A stretch of 64,000 nt of DNA from an uncultured virus (IMG/VR IMGVR_UViG_3300020056_000011) (IMGVR_UViG_3300020056_000011), one strand, 5' to 3'; shown: positions 1-8,556, numbered from the stretch's first letter. A program made the numbers and translations. The notes: a model not told the origin generated them from the letters alone.

Positions 1-67
1 TGATAGAAGTCTCTTCTGAAATTTTCTCAATCGTCCTTATCATAGGACTGATCTCTATGTATCTCTA

Positions 68-409
68 CTAAACACTTTCTTCTAACTTAGCAGAACCACT
101 ATGGCCGCATGTAGGACAATACATGTGGCCTCTTTCTATATCATAATGCTCATTCATAGTAGCATAAGTAAAATATCCCTTACAGACCTTACAAGTCAAA
201 TGATAGATGATTTCTTTTTGTGCTTGAAAAGACATAACTCTCTCCCATTCTTCTTCAAACCCCACTTCCCATATAGACATATCCTCTCCCGCGAAATCAT
301 ACCAGACTCTTTTGAAATATCCATTCGCAGATGCCATGATGGTTTCGTGTGGAGAATTCAAATGACCCTTGACGAGCCAGAACAAACGATATGCCTCTTT
401 GACTTCCAT
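68..409 (-). CDS. Hypothetical protein with C-terminal zinc ribbon (possibly two fused small genes)
   Basis: CKVC...CPTCG motif; internal Met (MSFQAQ) preceded by GGAGAG RBS-like sequence. Confidence 0.7.
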   Translation of the reverse strand: MEVKEAYRLFWLVKGHLNSPHETIMASANGYFKRVWYDFAGEDMSIWEVGFEEEWERVMSFQAQKEIIYHLTCKVCKGYFTYATMNEHYDIERGHMYCPTCGHSGSAKLEESV

Positions 410-743
410 GTGAATATGTAGGATCTTACCAAAAAGGGTTTTGGGTTTTTAGCCAGCAAAAAAAATTTTTTTCGGAAAAACTTTTAGAAACACTGAAAGA
501 TTCTGGGGGGCTGGTGCTATACACTTCCGCCTCATTCCAGATGGGAACCCACAAATTTAAAGATACACGCTGAGGTTTAGGGGGGTATCTAATTCAAGTC
601 ACGAAAGCTAAACTGAGCTAAAGCTGTACGAAAGCTTTGCCGGGACCCTACTTCAGAAACTCTCAGAAACTCTCTAAAAGATGCTCATATGGGCACTCTT
701 TGTAACTTTTCTATTCATTTCTAGCAGATGAGATTCACAGAAT

Positions 744-751
744 TATAAATA
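744..751 (+). promoter_or_regulatory. T4-type late promoter consensus
   Basis: Exact TATAAATA in non-coding DNA, about 40 nt before a terminator hairpin. Confidence 0.4.
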
Positions 752-793
752 ATTGCTCATAAGCTTTTAGCTTGAAGTCACCCCCAGATACGC

Positions 794-825
794 AAAAACC
801 CTCTAGAGATTCTAGAGGGTTTTTT
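794..825. terminator. Bidirectional intrinsic terminator
   Basis: Perfect 14-bp inverted repeat AAAAACCCTCTAGA-gat-TCTAGAGGGTTTTT just downstream of ORF 847-1119. Confidence 0.85.
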
Positions 826-846
826 GATAGAAACTTTCTTCTAAGG

Positions 847-1119
847 TCAGTCTTTAGGAACTCTCAAATGTTTTCCAATTGTGGCCTCATCGTATTGTCC
901 TTTTACTGCCCAGTTTCTAAATGCTGAACACTCTGCATAACTCTCTGCACAAGAGTCTCTTAATGGGCATTCATCACAGGGACATGCCATATCTTTTTCA
1001 AAGTAATCTCTGATGATTGAAGCATTTAAATTCTCAAAGAATTTCAATCTAGCTTCTTCTGGAGAGACTCCATGTAAGGCATTTAATTCAGCAATTTCTG
1101 CTAATGATTCGATACTCAT
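847..1119 (-). CDS. Small Cys-rich protein (putative Fe-S or Zn binding), monocistronic early gene
   Basis: CPCDECPLRDSC-x6-C; AGGAGA RBS; own promoter and terminator. Confidence 0.75.
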   Translation of the reverse strand: MSIESLAEIAELNALHGVSPEEARLKFFENLNASIIRDYFEKDMACPCDECPLRDSCAESYAECSAFRNWAVKGQYDEATIGKHLRVPKD

Positions 1120-1152
1120 TTAATCTCCTAATCATTATTGGCTAGCATAGCC

Positions 1153-1181
1153 ATAGTAACATTATAATCGGCCACTGTCAA
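1153..1181 (-). promoter_or_regulatory. Sigma70-type early promoter
   Basis: TTGACA-17-TACTAT with upstream A/T tracts. Confidence 0.75.
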
Positions 1182-1202
1182 GAGCTTTTTAAAACTTTTT
1201 TC

Positions 1203-1235
1203 AAAAAAAAAGAGCAGCCAAAGAAGGACTGCTCT
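1203..1235 (-). terminator. Intrinsic terminator
   Basis: AGAGCAGUC/GGCUGCUCU 9-bp stem (one G.U) followed by U-run on minus strand. Confidence 0.85.
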
Positions 1236-1486
1236 AAGTTACCCATATAGAAAGGAGACAGGGAAAAGAAGAAAAACTTTTTTCCTCATACGCCCAGCTA
1301 GTATCTCCAATCTCTCCGCACGGACTTATTGACGTTGCCGCTCTAGTTTGATTGAAACTAACATCTCTGGGTTTCACGTCACCGATATTTCACGGGCGAA
1401 TATATTCACCAGAGATCGTGCTTTCAGGTGGCCTGCCCTCCGCACGGACATATGAGGAAAAGAGTCTAAAATCTTTTCTTCTTACA
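1203..1486 (-). ncRNA. Putative structured non-coding RNA of unknown family (~280 nt)
   Basis: Bounded by promoter and terminator; no ORF in the track; 16-bp closing helix 1446-1461/1280-1295 with G.U pairs only on minus strand; several internal hairpins. Confidence 0.7.
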
Positions 1487-1492
1487 TATATT

Positions 1493-1521
1493 AATATAAG
1501 TGATTCGCAATGAAATGTCAA
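1493..1521 (-). promoter_or_regulatory. Sigma70-type early promoter with GANTC (CGAATCA) in spacer
   Basis: TTGACA-17-TATATT; TGATTCG at 1501-1507. Confidence 0.85.
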
Positions 1522-1712
1522 GGGCAATTCGGCATTTTTTTTAAAATATTTTGGCAGAAATTCTCAGCGGCATCTCTCAGGCGGCTCAGAAAAAAGGCTG
1601 GGGGATTTACTCAACAGTCTCAAATATTCGCTAAACCCCCAAAAGCTAGAATCTGCAGCGGATTCCTGAAAATCATATCCCTAAGAATCCCAATTTTCCC
1701 CATCTTTTCCCA

Positions 1713-2036
1713 TCAATCTCCATCATTCAATCTCCATTTTTCCCAATTCTCGCCATCATTCTCATGGGTATCCGGCGGCTCGGAATTCTTCTTCAAGACT
1801 TCTTCGAAATTATTCCAAAGTCTCTGAAATTTCCACTCATAGATCTGATTCAATCCTATCATAGCATTGGCAATCTGATCTTCAGTTGGTTCTGGATTTC
1901 CATCATACATTTCCTTCCAGACCAAGTCAATATCATCACAGACTTTCCAACAGTCTAAGATGTTCTGTTCAAGCTCAAGTATCGGATGTTTCTTCTTGTC
2001 GTATCCTTGCATAATATTTTTCTTTTTCTGATTCAT
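1713..2036 (-). CDS. Hypothetical phage protein
   Basis: ORF in co-oriented overlapping gene run; start may be 2012. Confidence 0.65.
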   Translation of the reverse strand: MNQKKKNIMQGYDKKKHPILELEQNILDCWKVCDDIDLVWKEMYDGNPEPTEDQIANAMIGLNQIYEWKFQRLWNNFEEVLKKNSEPPDTHENDGENWEKWRLNDGD

Positions 2037-2175
2037 TCAAATGTTCTCTTTCATTATTCATTATACTCGCTAAGACTTCCTTACATACAGTCAAAGATCG
2101 TGAGATTATGAGCACCTTTCCATTGGCGTCATATGCAATATATTTACCTTTTCTTTTCTTCATAAATCCTGTCAT
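1975..2175 (-). CDS. Hypothetical protein
   Basis: Small ORF in gene run. Confidence 0.5.
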   Translation of the reverse strand: MTGFMKKRKGKYIAYDANGKVLIISRSLTVCKEVLASIMNNEREHLNESEKEKYYARIRQEETSDT

Positions 2176-2281
2176 ACAGTTATATATAATTTACTCCAAA
2201 AAAGGCAAAATTCTTCCTCATTGTGAAACCCTTTCTCGTATCATTTGAAACTCCTTAGAAAGAGAGAAAATGGGCTCCGGT

Positions 2282-2542
2282 CTAGCCGCGGTCAGCAGCG
2301 GAAATATGATAAGAAACTATGCGAGGATTATTCCAGACTTTAGATGCTTCTAGAGCTTCTTCATATGTATCATAGAGTACTGGATTGTCCTTTGATTCTT
2401 GCCATTGTGATCCTTCACAGACATACATCCATTCGTCATTATCGAACTCGATCATGATTGCGTATGGAGGCTTGTTGGAAGATGAAGTTTGTTTGTTGGC
2501 TTCCCAAGGTTGTGGGCCAGACTTATGTAAAATAGTTGTCAT
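2282..2542 (-). CDS. Hypothetical protein
   Basis: ORF with GGAG RBS. Confidence 0.65.
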   Translation of the reverse strand: MTTILHKSGPQPWEANKQTSSSNKPPYAIMIEFDNDEWMYVCEGSQWQESKDNPVLYDTYEEALEASKVWNNPRIVSYHISAADRG

Positions 2543-2708
2543 TTGTCAATCTCCATTTTTCATAACCTTTCCATATCTCCCAAAAGAACCAGCCGAGAAT
2601 TGTTGCGCCTGGACTTCCTGTGAGAAATAGAAGTAGAACACTAAAATAAAGCAAGTGAGAAAATATGAGTATCATCATACAATCTAGAAGCGAGAAATTA
2701 TGCATCAT
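2523..2708 (-). CDS. Small membrane protein
   Basis: Hydrophobic segments; overlaps neighbours. Confidence 0.55.
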   Translation of the reverse strand: MMHNFSLLDCMMILIFSHLLYFSVLLLFLTGSPGATILGWFFWEIWKGYEKWRLTNDNYFT

Positions 2709-2904
2709 CTAAAACTATCATGCGGCGGCCCAAGTTTTGCTCTATGCAGTTTTCGGTGTAGACTTTTACCGCACCATCGTCAAACATCACAGTGATCAGA
2801 GTTTCGTCATCGGCATCAGTGGAAATCGAAGTGATCTCTCCTGTTGCAACATAGTCTGAATAGCGACGAATGAATGACTGGCCAATTTCAAGAGGTAGGT
2901 TCAT
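2698..2904 (-). CDS. Hypothetical protein
   Basis: First gene after early promoter; AAGGA RBS. Confidence 0.7.
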   Translation of the reverse strand: MNLPLEIGQSFIRRYSDYVATGEITSISTDADDETLITVMFDDGAVKVYTENCIEQNLGRRMIVLDDA

Positions 2905-2933
2905 AAGAATTTCCTTTTTCTTTCTACATTATC

Positions 2934-2962
2934 AGTATAGATGATTCGTTCTTTCGTGTCAA
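2934..2962 (-). promoter_or_regulatory. Sigma70-type early promoter with GANTC in spacer
   Basis: TTGACA-17-TATACT; TGATTCG at 2942-2948. Confidence 0.85.
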
Positions 2963-3163
2963 GAACTATTTTAGCGGTTTTTCACCTAATCGAAGAAAAG
3001 CGTGAACAACAGAAGTTGTTGGCTCAAAGAATGAAAGAAATTTCTTATGAGAGGGTTCTGTGAATTTGAAAAATTCTTGATCTAGCCATACAACAACAAT
3101 GATGACTAGCAGAACTTTATCGACAATGCTTATTTTTTTCTCTTGTGACATACCCTATATATT

Positions 3164-3457
3164 ATGATGGAGATTTGTAAGATGAATGTAGCACGAATTA
3201 GAATGTACACAAAAGAGAATTGTGGATACTGTAAAGCAACGGCAGCACTCTGTAAAGATCGTGGTATTGAGATTGATGAATATGATATTCAATCCACCAG
3301 AGTGAAAGCAATGCTTGTCAATGATTATGAAAAAGAGTTTTCAACAGGAGCTCGTCCTAAGACTGTGCCTCAAATCTGGGCAGAAGTAAATGGAGAGTGG
3401 GAATATGTCGGTGGCTATGAGCAATTTGTTGCAAAATTAGTTCCCGAAAGATTTTAG
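3164..3457 (+). CDS. Glutaredoxin
   Basis: CGYC active site, TVPQIW and YVGGY glutaredoxin motifs. Confidence 0.9.
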   Translation: MMEICKMNVARIRMYTKENCGYCKATAALCKDRGIEIDEYDIQSTRVKAMLVNDYEKEFSTGARPKTVPQIWAEVNGEWEYVGGYEQFVAKLVPERF

Positions 3458-3562
3458 AAAACGATACAGGTTCACATAGTAGAGAAATGTCTGTGGATAG
3501 TGAGTGGGGTTAGGTAGATTTGGAAACATTTCTATCATTTCACGAATTTCATCATCTGTCAT
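3437..3562 (-). CDS. Small hypothetical protein (41 aa, MTDDEIREMIEMFPNLPNP...)
   Basis: Hand translation; below ORF-track cutoff. Confidence 0.45.
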   Translation of the reverse strand: MTDDEIREMIEMFPNLPNPTHYPQTFLYYVNLYRFLKSFGN

Positions 3563-3654
3563 TTTATTTTCTTCCTGTCCACCATGATTCTATCAATTCC
3601 GTGATAAGAATTATGACACAAACAGCCAAAACAAGCAATCCAATGAGCATCCAA

Positions 3655-3906
3655 TCAGGCATCTATATCTTCCTCTGGTAATTGTATCACCTTTTCTTCA
3701 GTGAGCATCTTTTCTTTGATATCATATATCGTATCTGTCTTTATCATGTTGATAATTGTGTTGGTAAGATTTACTTCTTGGCGCAAATATCCAATTTTAC
3801 GCTGAAGTTCTTCCAATTCTTTCAAATAATATTCTAATTCTTTTTCTTTTCTCAATTTTTGTTCGATAAAATCTGTGATGAGTATGAGCTTTGTCTCATT
3901 TGTCAT
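3655..3906 (-). CDS. Coiled-coil hypothetical protein
   Basis: Heptad-like charged sequence; gene run. Confidence 0.7.
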   Translation of the reverse strand: MTNETKLILITDFIEQKLRKEKELEYYLKELEELQRKIGYLRQEVNLTNTIINMIKTDTIYDIKEKMLTEEKVIQLPEEDIDA

Positions 3907-4093
3907 TTTCTTCTTTCTCGCGTTCTTTTATCCATGTCTTTAGGACTTCAATCTTTTTCACGTACATATAATATCCTGCCAACCATTCATTTTCACCACT
4001 GAGAGCCCACTGATATGCACATTGATCTGCATTATTCGTCAAGTTTTCTATAATACCCTGATATTTTTTACGAAACTCTAGTGGGTCTTTCAT
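3896..4093 (-). CDS. Hypothetical protein
   Basis: Coupled to neighbours. Confidence 0.65.
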   Translation of the reverse strand: MKDPLEFRKKYQGIIENLTNNADQCAYQWALSGENEWLAGYYMYVKKIEVLKTWIKEREKEENDK

Positions 4094-4452
4094 TATCGCC
4101 TCATTTTTGCAATTTCTTTAGCATCTTCTTTCTTGTCTGCAAAAATAGGCACCATATTTGACTTGTGCATTGTGGCAACTCCTATCAATTGACGTTCACC
4201 ACTATATATGTTTCTCTCTTTCCTTGATCCATTACTACAAATGACATCAGAAGTTGGAACAATGTTTGTGTTTATACACTTGTAGCTCGGCAGGTCAGCA
4301 CGATATTCTGTCTTACTTTTACCCACGCCCATGCGTTTTAAGAACTTTTCGTGATCAGCTTCTGCTTGTAGAAGTGATTTTGACTTCTTTTTAGATTTTC
4401 TTTTCTTGGTATTTGTTGTGGTCATATATGGCCCAACTAAATGCATACTCAT
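4093..4452 (-). CDS. Basic hypothetical protein of the kind seen in T4-like phages
   Basis: Lys-rich N-terminus, C-terminal IGVATMHKSNMVPIF motif. Confidence 0.75.
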   Translation of the reverse strand: MSMHLVGPYMTTTNTKKRKSKKKSKSLLQAEADHEKFLKRMGVGKSKTEYRADLPSYKCINTNIVPTSDVICSNGSRKERNIYSGERQLIGVATMHKSNMVPIFADKKEDAKEIAKMRR

Positions 4453-4670
4453 ATTCGCTCCTCTGCATCATAAAAATTAGATCTTGCCTTTATACTACCA
4501 CAATTATCGCAAATTGTCAAGATATATCTGACTCTCCATCCATTGGGAGTATAAACTGCCCCTTCCGTTTGTATTATATCAACATCATCACAACATCCGC
4601 TTAAATGATTCTTGTTTTTCATATCCGACTTCTCTTCTATAGTACTTTTCTGCAATGTTTTTATAATCAT
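4449..4670 (-). CDS. Small Cys-containing hypothetical protein
   Basis: CC...CDNC; start probably 4622. Confidence 0.55.
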   Translation of the reverse strand: MIIKTLQKSTIEEKSDMKNKNHLSGCCDDVDIIQTEGAVYTPNGWRVRYILTICDNCGSIKARSNFYDAEERI

Positions 4671-4890
4671 CCATTGCTCTGTGTATGATTTGCCATTTTA
4701 TCCATGCTTCTAGACAATGGCCGTCGCCTTCAAACGCAAATAATTTATCAATGATCCAACATAAATTCCATTTTCCCTGTCTTTGTCTCTCATATTGTTG
4801 TGCTGATAGAGTTTGATTATTTCTACCGCCAAAGAGACTGTTTAGAAAAATAGAAAATGCTATTGTAACTCTGCCAAGATATCTTATCAT
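4588..4890 (-). CDS. Hypothetical protein
   Basis: ATGA overlap with upstream gene. Confidence 0.7.
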   Translation of the reverse strand: MIRYLGRVTIAFSIFLNSLFGGRNNQTLSAQQYERQRQGKWNLCWIIDKLFAFEGDGHCLEAWIKWQIIHRAMDDYKNIAEKYYRREVGYEKQESFKRML

Positions 4891-5420
4891 AGGATTGCCT
4901 CATATGCCCATGTTGGTTGTTTTTGGGCCTCTCTCTTATGTCTACCGTGAGCAACCCCATCTGCTCCAAAACTTGCAGCCCAACTTTCTGGTTTTAGTTT
5001 TGGTTCAATTCCTGTCATACCTAAAACATAGCCTGCTGCTTCATTTGCAACACAATTACTACCATGTTTTGGGTCTGTGTTAATATCCAGATGTACTTCA
5101 ATATCAAATTCATCTATATAAGGTATAACTTGTTGATATAGCTCGCACACCTTTCGCACTTCATTCAACAATCTGATTTTCGGTCTGGATTTCTTTACAT
5201 CATAGTCTGGTTCGTAAGATATATTTGAAAAAATCCTACATCCATGCTTTCCGTCCATATGAACAATAAGAACGGTGGCATATCTGCCCATTTTTTTACC
5301 TCTTTTATCTAAAAATCTAATCGAGTCACATCCAAGGTATATTTTTGTATTTGTTGTAAGCTTTGATAGTAATTCTATCAATTCTTCTAAATCGGGATTT
5401 GTAAGCATTCTTGTGTCCAT
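4887..5420 (-). CDS. YkuK/DUF458-like RNase H-fold protein
   Basis: IYLGCDS, RLLNEV, IEVHLDIN, KPESWAASFGAD motifs. Confidence 0.8.
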   Translation of the reverse strand: MDTRMLTNPDLEELIELLSKLTTNTKIYLGCDSIRFLDKRGKKMGRYATVLIVHMDGKHGCRIFSNISYEPDYDVKKSRPKIRLLNEVRKVCELYQQVIPYIDEFDIEVHLDINTDPKHGSNCVANEAAGYVLGMTGIEPKLKPESWAASFGADGVAHGRHKREAQKQPTWAYEAIL

Positions 5421-5950
5421 TTTGGGTTTGGATGAAATGTAGTTTCACTAGTAGTATCATTATAATCAAATAAATACCAGCAACTATTATCTTTACCAGT
5501 GTGCTTACTGTCCTCTATCCACTTAACACGCCCAATAGATACCACTTTTTTACAAAGAGGTAGATATTGGACTGCCTGTTTTGTGTGAATCCAGTCAGCA
5601 TCAAACAGTAGCCAAGTGGGTGCTTGTTTAGAAAAGTGTAGTATTAATGGATGTAACAACCACCGAGACCAAGGTGGATTTGTGATGATATAGTCTATAT
5701 TGAGTGGAAATTTTACTTCAAAGGCATCTTTCTTTCCTACCCAATCACATTGTGGGTCTATATCTGTGTGGCCCATAGATATTCCTGGCGACAATTTGTG
5801 TAGATGGTTTACAAGTCTACCATCACCAGCACAAGGCTCGTAAAACTTAAATATGTGTTTTGGAAGGAATTCCACTAGAGGCTGGACTGCTTCTATTGGA
5901 GTTGGGTAAAAGTCATTTTTTCTGTGTTCAAATTTACTTCTTTTACCCAT
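5387..5950 (-). CDS. Orphan DNA amino (N6-adenine) methyltransferase
   Basis: DFYPTP, EPCAGDG SAM motif, ITNPPW catalytic motif. Confidence 0.85.
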   Translation of the reverse strand: MGKRSKFEHRKNDFYPTPIEAVQPLVEFLPKHIFKFYEPCAGDGRLVNHLHKLSPGISMGHTDIDPQCDWVGKKDAFEVKFPLNIDYIITNPPWSRWLLHPLILHFSKQAPTWLLFDADWIHTKQAVQYLPLCKKVVSIGRVKWIEDSKHTGKDNSCWYLFDYNDTTSETTFHPNPKWTQECLQIPI

Positions 5951-5959
5951 AATATCACC

Positions 5960-6214
5960 TTATTCACTATGTCTTGCGATGGCTCGCCGAATTTTCTCTG
6001 CATCCGACATTTGTTTGGGTTCCATCATCCGTTTTTGCATGTCTCTTACTTTTTGAGTATGCATTATTTCTTCTTTACTTTTTCCTCGAAATTCTGGAGA
6101 GTATTGAGGGAAGTCTAAATAAAACTTTCTAATAGATTGTCTAATAGAACGAACTTTTGACTCCAGCTCGTCTATAAATTCATCCATTTCGTCCATTATT
6201 TTTCCCCATGCCAC
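5960..6214 (-). CDS. Hypothetical protein
   Basis: Gene run. Confidence 0.6.
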   Translation of the reverse strand: MAWGKIMDEMDEFIDELESKVRSIRQSIRKFYLDFPQYSPEFRGKSKEEIMHTQKVRDMQKRMMEPKQMSDAEKIRRAIARHSE

Positions 6215-6432
6215 TCTTTCATAGCATAGTCACTTACTTTTGTTACAAATTCTGTATTTGAAGTGTCTTGATAATCTCCATTTGGAAAATATGACCTTTT
6301 TACCTTAGTTGAATACATGCGTCCTTGCGATATATAAGTTCTTTCGAATACCTCAGACACAACCTTATCAAACTTCTGGCATTCTACTGCATATTTTAGT
6401 GGGCCATCTTCCATATTTCTTCTCCTAATCAA
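6196..6432 (-). CDS. Hypothetical protein
   Basis: Gene run; start probably at MEDG after AGGAGA. Confidence 0.6.
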   Translation of the reverse strand: MIRRRNMEDGPLKYAVECQKFDKVVSEVFERTYISQGRMYSTKVKRSYFPNGDYQDTSNTEFVTKVSDYAMKEWHGEK

Positions 6433-6704
6433 TCCCCAACTGGGCCATTATTTTCTCCATAATATCCATATTCATCAAATCCTCTTTGTCTGAGATATTT
6501 ATTTGAATATATATCATTAGTTCTTGTTTCATATTCTTGCCAAGATTGATTGTAACCAGTACTGAGAAGAGATAACTCTGACTCTAACCTTGCTACTTCA
6601 TCTTCTAAATATTTAATTCTTTCAATCATATTGGTTGGTGTGCCATAATTGACACCATCTTCTTCATATGTTGGTTCTGATACTGTTCTAACTTGAAGGG
6701 CCAT
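6429..6704 (-). CDS. Hypothetical protein
   Basis: Gene run, short coiled coil. Confidence 0.65.
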   Translation of the reverse strand: MALQVRTVSEPTYEEDGVNYGTPTNMIERIKYLEDEVARLESELSLLSTGYNQSWQEYETRTNDIYSNKYLRQRGFDEYGYYGENNGPVGD

Positions 6705-6966
6705 TTTTAATAATATCCATTAGTTTATCGTTGAAATCTTCTGGTATGTATTTTTTAGAAAGAGATTCAAAATTGCTGTCAATAATTTCTAACTTAATAA
6801 GTTCTATTAGTGATTCTGCAATTTTTCTTTTTTGAGGATGGCATTGATAAAGATATATTGCAACATCCATATCAGAATTACAGCTCCAGAGTTCGTTCAA
6901 AATATGATGATATTTTGTTGGAACGTCATGTAATTTTAGGTCCATGTTTTTTTCCTCTCCAATCAT
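6688..6966 (-). CDS. Hypothetical protein
   Basis: Gene run. Confidence 0.6.
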   Translation of the reverse strand: MIGEEKNMDLKLHDVPTKYHHILNELWSCNSDMDVAIYLYQCHPQKRKIAESLIELIKLEIIDSNFESLSKKYIPEDFNDKLMDIIKNGPSS

Positions 6967-6968
6967 AT

Positions 6969-7484
6969 TTATTTACCTTTGATTCTGTAAAAAATATGAG
7001 AACCGATTCGAGTTATTCGATCCAACGAAGGGGCCCAATAGGGTTTTACATATGTTGCATGATAATGTGTTGCTCCTTCGGTTATTCCAACATATTCTCC
7101 ATGAATATAAAAGTCTCTAGCATATTTTCTAGATTTCTCCCAAATATCAGAATTAGAAGGGGTATCTGATTTACCATCACAATACCAACTAAACTGGCAA
7201 GTTCGTTTTCCTACTTCATATCCATCATGTACAACACCACATATTGTATCTGGATACTTAGAATGATGAGCTCGATTTAAAACAACATCTGAAACAGCCA
7301 TTGCATCCGCGAGAGATGAGGCATGTGTCTCAAAGTAAATGTTTAATGCCAAACACTCTATTGACTTTTCATCTTCTACGGTGTATGGACCTGATGCCAA
7401 TGCACTGCTTGTAGTAAGTGCAAATAAAGAAAGAACTGCAATACTTCTAATCTTCTTTTTTACGAACGCTAACATATCCATCAT
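6969..7484 (-). CDS. Cell wall hydrolase, SleB/Hydrolase_2 family
   Basis: Signal peptide; CLALNIYFE, VVLNR, YPDTICGVV, CQFSW, GATHYHA, IGSHIFY. Confidence 0.92.
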   Translation of the reverse strand: MMDMLAFVKKKIRSIAVLSLFALTTSSALASGPYTVEDEKSIECLALNIYFETHASSLADAMAVSDVVLNRAHHSKYPDTICGVVHDGYEVGKRTCQFSWYCDGKSDTPSNSDIWEKSRKYARDFYIHGEYVGITEGATHYHATYVKPYWAPSLDRITRIGSHIFYRIKGK

Positions 7485-7668
7485 CTGTAGTCTCCCATAA
7501 CAATGTATCGCCTATATCCCACCCCATTTGATTTAGTAAATCAACTGGAAAGGGCAACACTAGCTCTTCTCCGTCCTGCTCGACAGTTAGAGTAAACCGA
7601 TCCTTTTCATCTTCTTCTCTCATTCGCCTTAACATATACTCATGATATCTTTCTTGCTGTTCAGTCAT
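7447..7668 (-). CDS. AbrB/MazE-like small DNA-binding protein
   Basis: LVLPFPVDLLNQMGWDIGDTLLW swapped-hairpin pattern. Confidence 0.65.
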   Translation of the reverse strand: MTEQQERYHEYMLRRMREEDEKDRFTLTVEQDGEELVLPFPVDLLNQMGWDIGDTLLWETTDDGYVSVRKKED

Positions 7669-7680
7669 TTTTTATTCCAT

Positions 7681-7848
7681 TCAAAATGAATTCAAAAGAG
7701 ATGAGACTTGTTTTTCTAGTTCAGCATTTTGCTGTTCTATTTCGTCTATCTCTTTTCTCAATTCTTCAATTCTCAGTTGACGTTGTTCCATAACTTCTTT
7801 TAGTTCGTCTAGGATTACCGTCAATTTATCAGTAAGCTCAGTAGCCAT
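7681..7848 (-). CDS. Small coiled-coil protein (55 aa)
   Basis: Hand translation MATELTDKLTVILDELKEVMEQRQLRIEEL...; AGGAG RBS. Confidence 0.6.
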   Translation of the reverse strand: MATELTDKLTVILDELKEVMEQRQLRIEELRKEIDEIEQQNAELEKQVSSLLNSF

Positions 7849-7887
7849 CTAAAACTCCTTTCAATATACTATATGATTCTATTTGTG

Positions 7888-8556
7888 TCAATAAGTTTCT
7901 ATAATTTTATCAGCAATCCCATGTTTTATTGCTTCTTCTGGTGTCATCCATATGTCAGACTCTGGTAATAAATATTTTCTGATATAATCTTTCTTTTTTC
8001 CAGTACACTTGACATAATGTTCAACTAATTTCTCTGAAGAGATTTCAAATTGTTTTATTTTCGCATATAATTCATGTTCCTTGCCCTTTGACCCCCAGCT
8101 GTATTGATGCGACATGATGCTTGTGTTCTGTGTTAGGTATCTGTGTCCCTTCTCTCCACTCATCATTAGCAGCACACCACAGGACGCTATAGAGCCCATT
8201 CCATAGGTATAAACTGGTATTTTTGACTGTTTTATTACATCTATAAGATGAAATGCAGATGCAACCTCTCCGCCTGGCGAATTGATATATAGATGAATAA
8301 TCGGAGGCCTTTTGGGTGCGGGCATCAAATTATATTCCATAATCATTTTTACTAATGGCATACAATTTTCTTGATTGAACTCCTTATCCATAAAGAGAAT
8401 ACCATTTTCTTTCAATACAGTGCCTGGCTGTTTTTCAAATGTCAGGTCTCTTGGCATTGGTTCTGGTGGTGGAGTTTGAGTGATTGTATTTGGAATCAAA
8501 TCAATCTTTTCTTCTTCTTTTTTCTTTTTATTTGGTTTGCTCGTTTTGGCCGCCAT
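7888..8556 (-). CDS. clpP: ClpP-family protease proteolytic subunit
   Basis: IHLYINSPGG, GSIASCG (Ser), MSHQ (His), ESDIWMTPEEAIKHGIAD (Asp). Confidence 0.9.
   Translation of the reverse strand: MAAKTSKPNKKKKEEEKIDLIPNTITQTPPPEPMPRDLTFEKQPGTVLKENGILFMDKEFNQENCMPLVKMIMEYNLMPAPKRPPIIHLYINSPGGEVASAFHLIDVIKQSKIPVYTYGMGSIASCGVLLMMSGEKGHRYLTQNTSIMSHQYSWGSKGKEHELYAKIKQFEISSEKLVEHYVKCTGKKKDYIRKYLLPESDIWMTPEEAIKHGIADKIIETY

Noticed and set aside
1314..1460. Glycine riboswitch (CUUUCAGGU...GGAC on plus strand) or hammerhead ribozyme
   Set aside because: Lacks the GGAGA and CCGAAG elements in order and has no CUGAUGA core; promoter, terminator and G.U pairs favour the minus strand
1510..1827. Plus-strand 105-aa ORF
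   Set aside because: Overlaps a promoter and is antisense to 1713-2036; low-complexity, no RBS
2966..3151. 61-aa minus-strand membrane ORF
   Set aside because: Possible but unsupported: no clear RBS or recognisable motif
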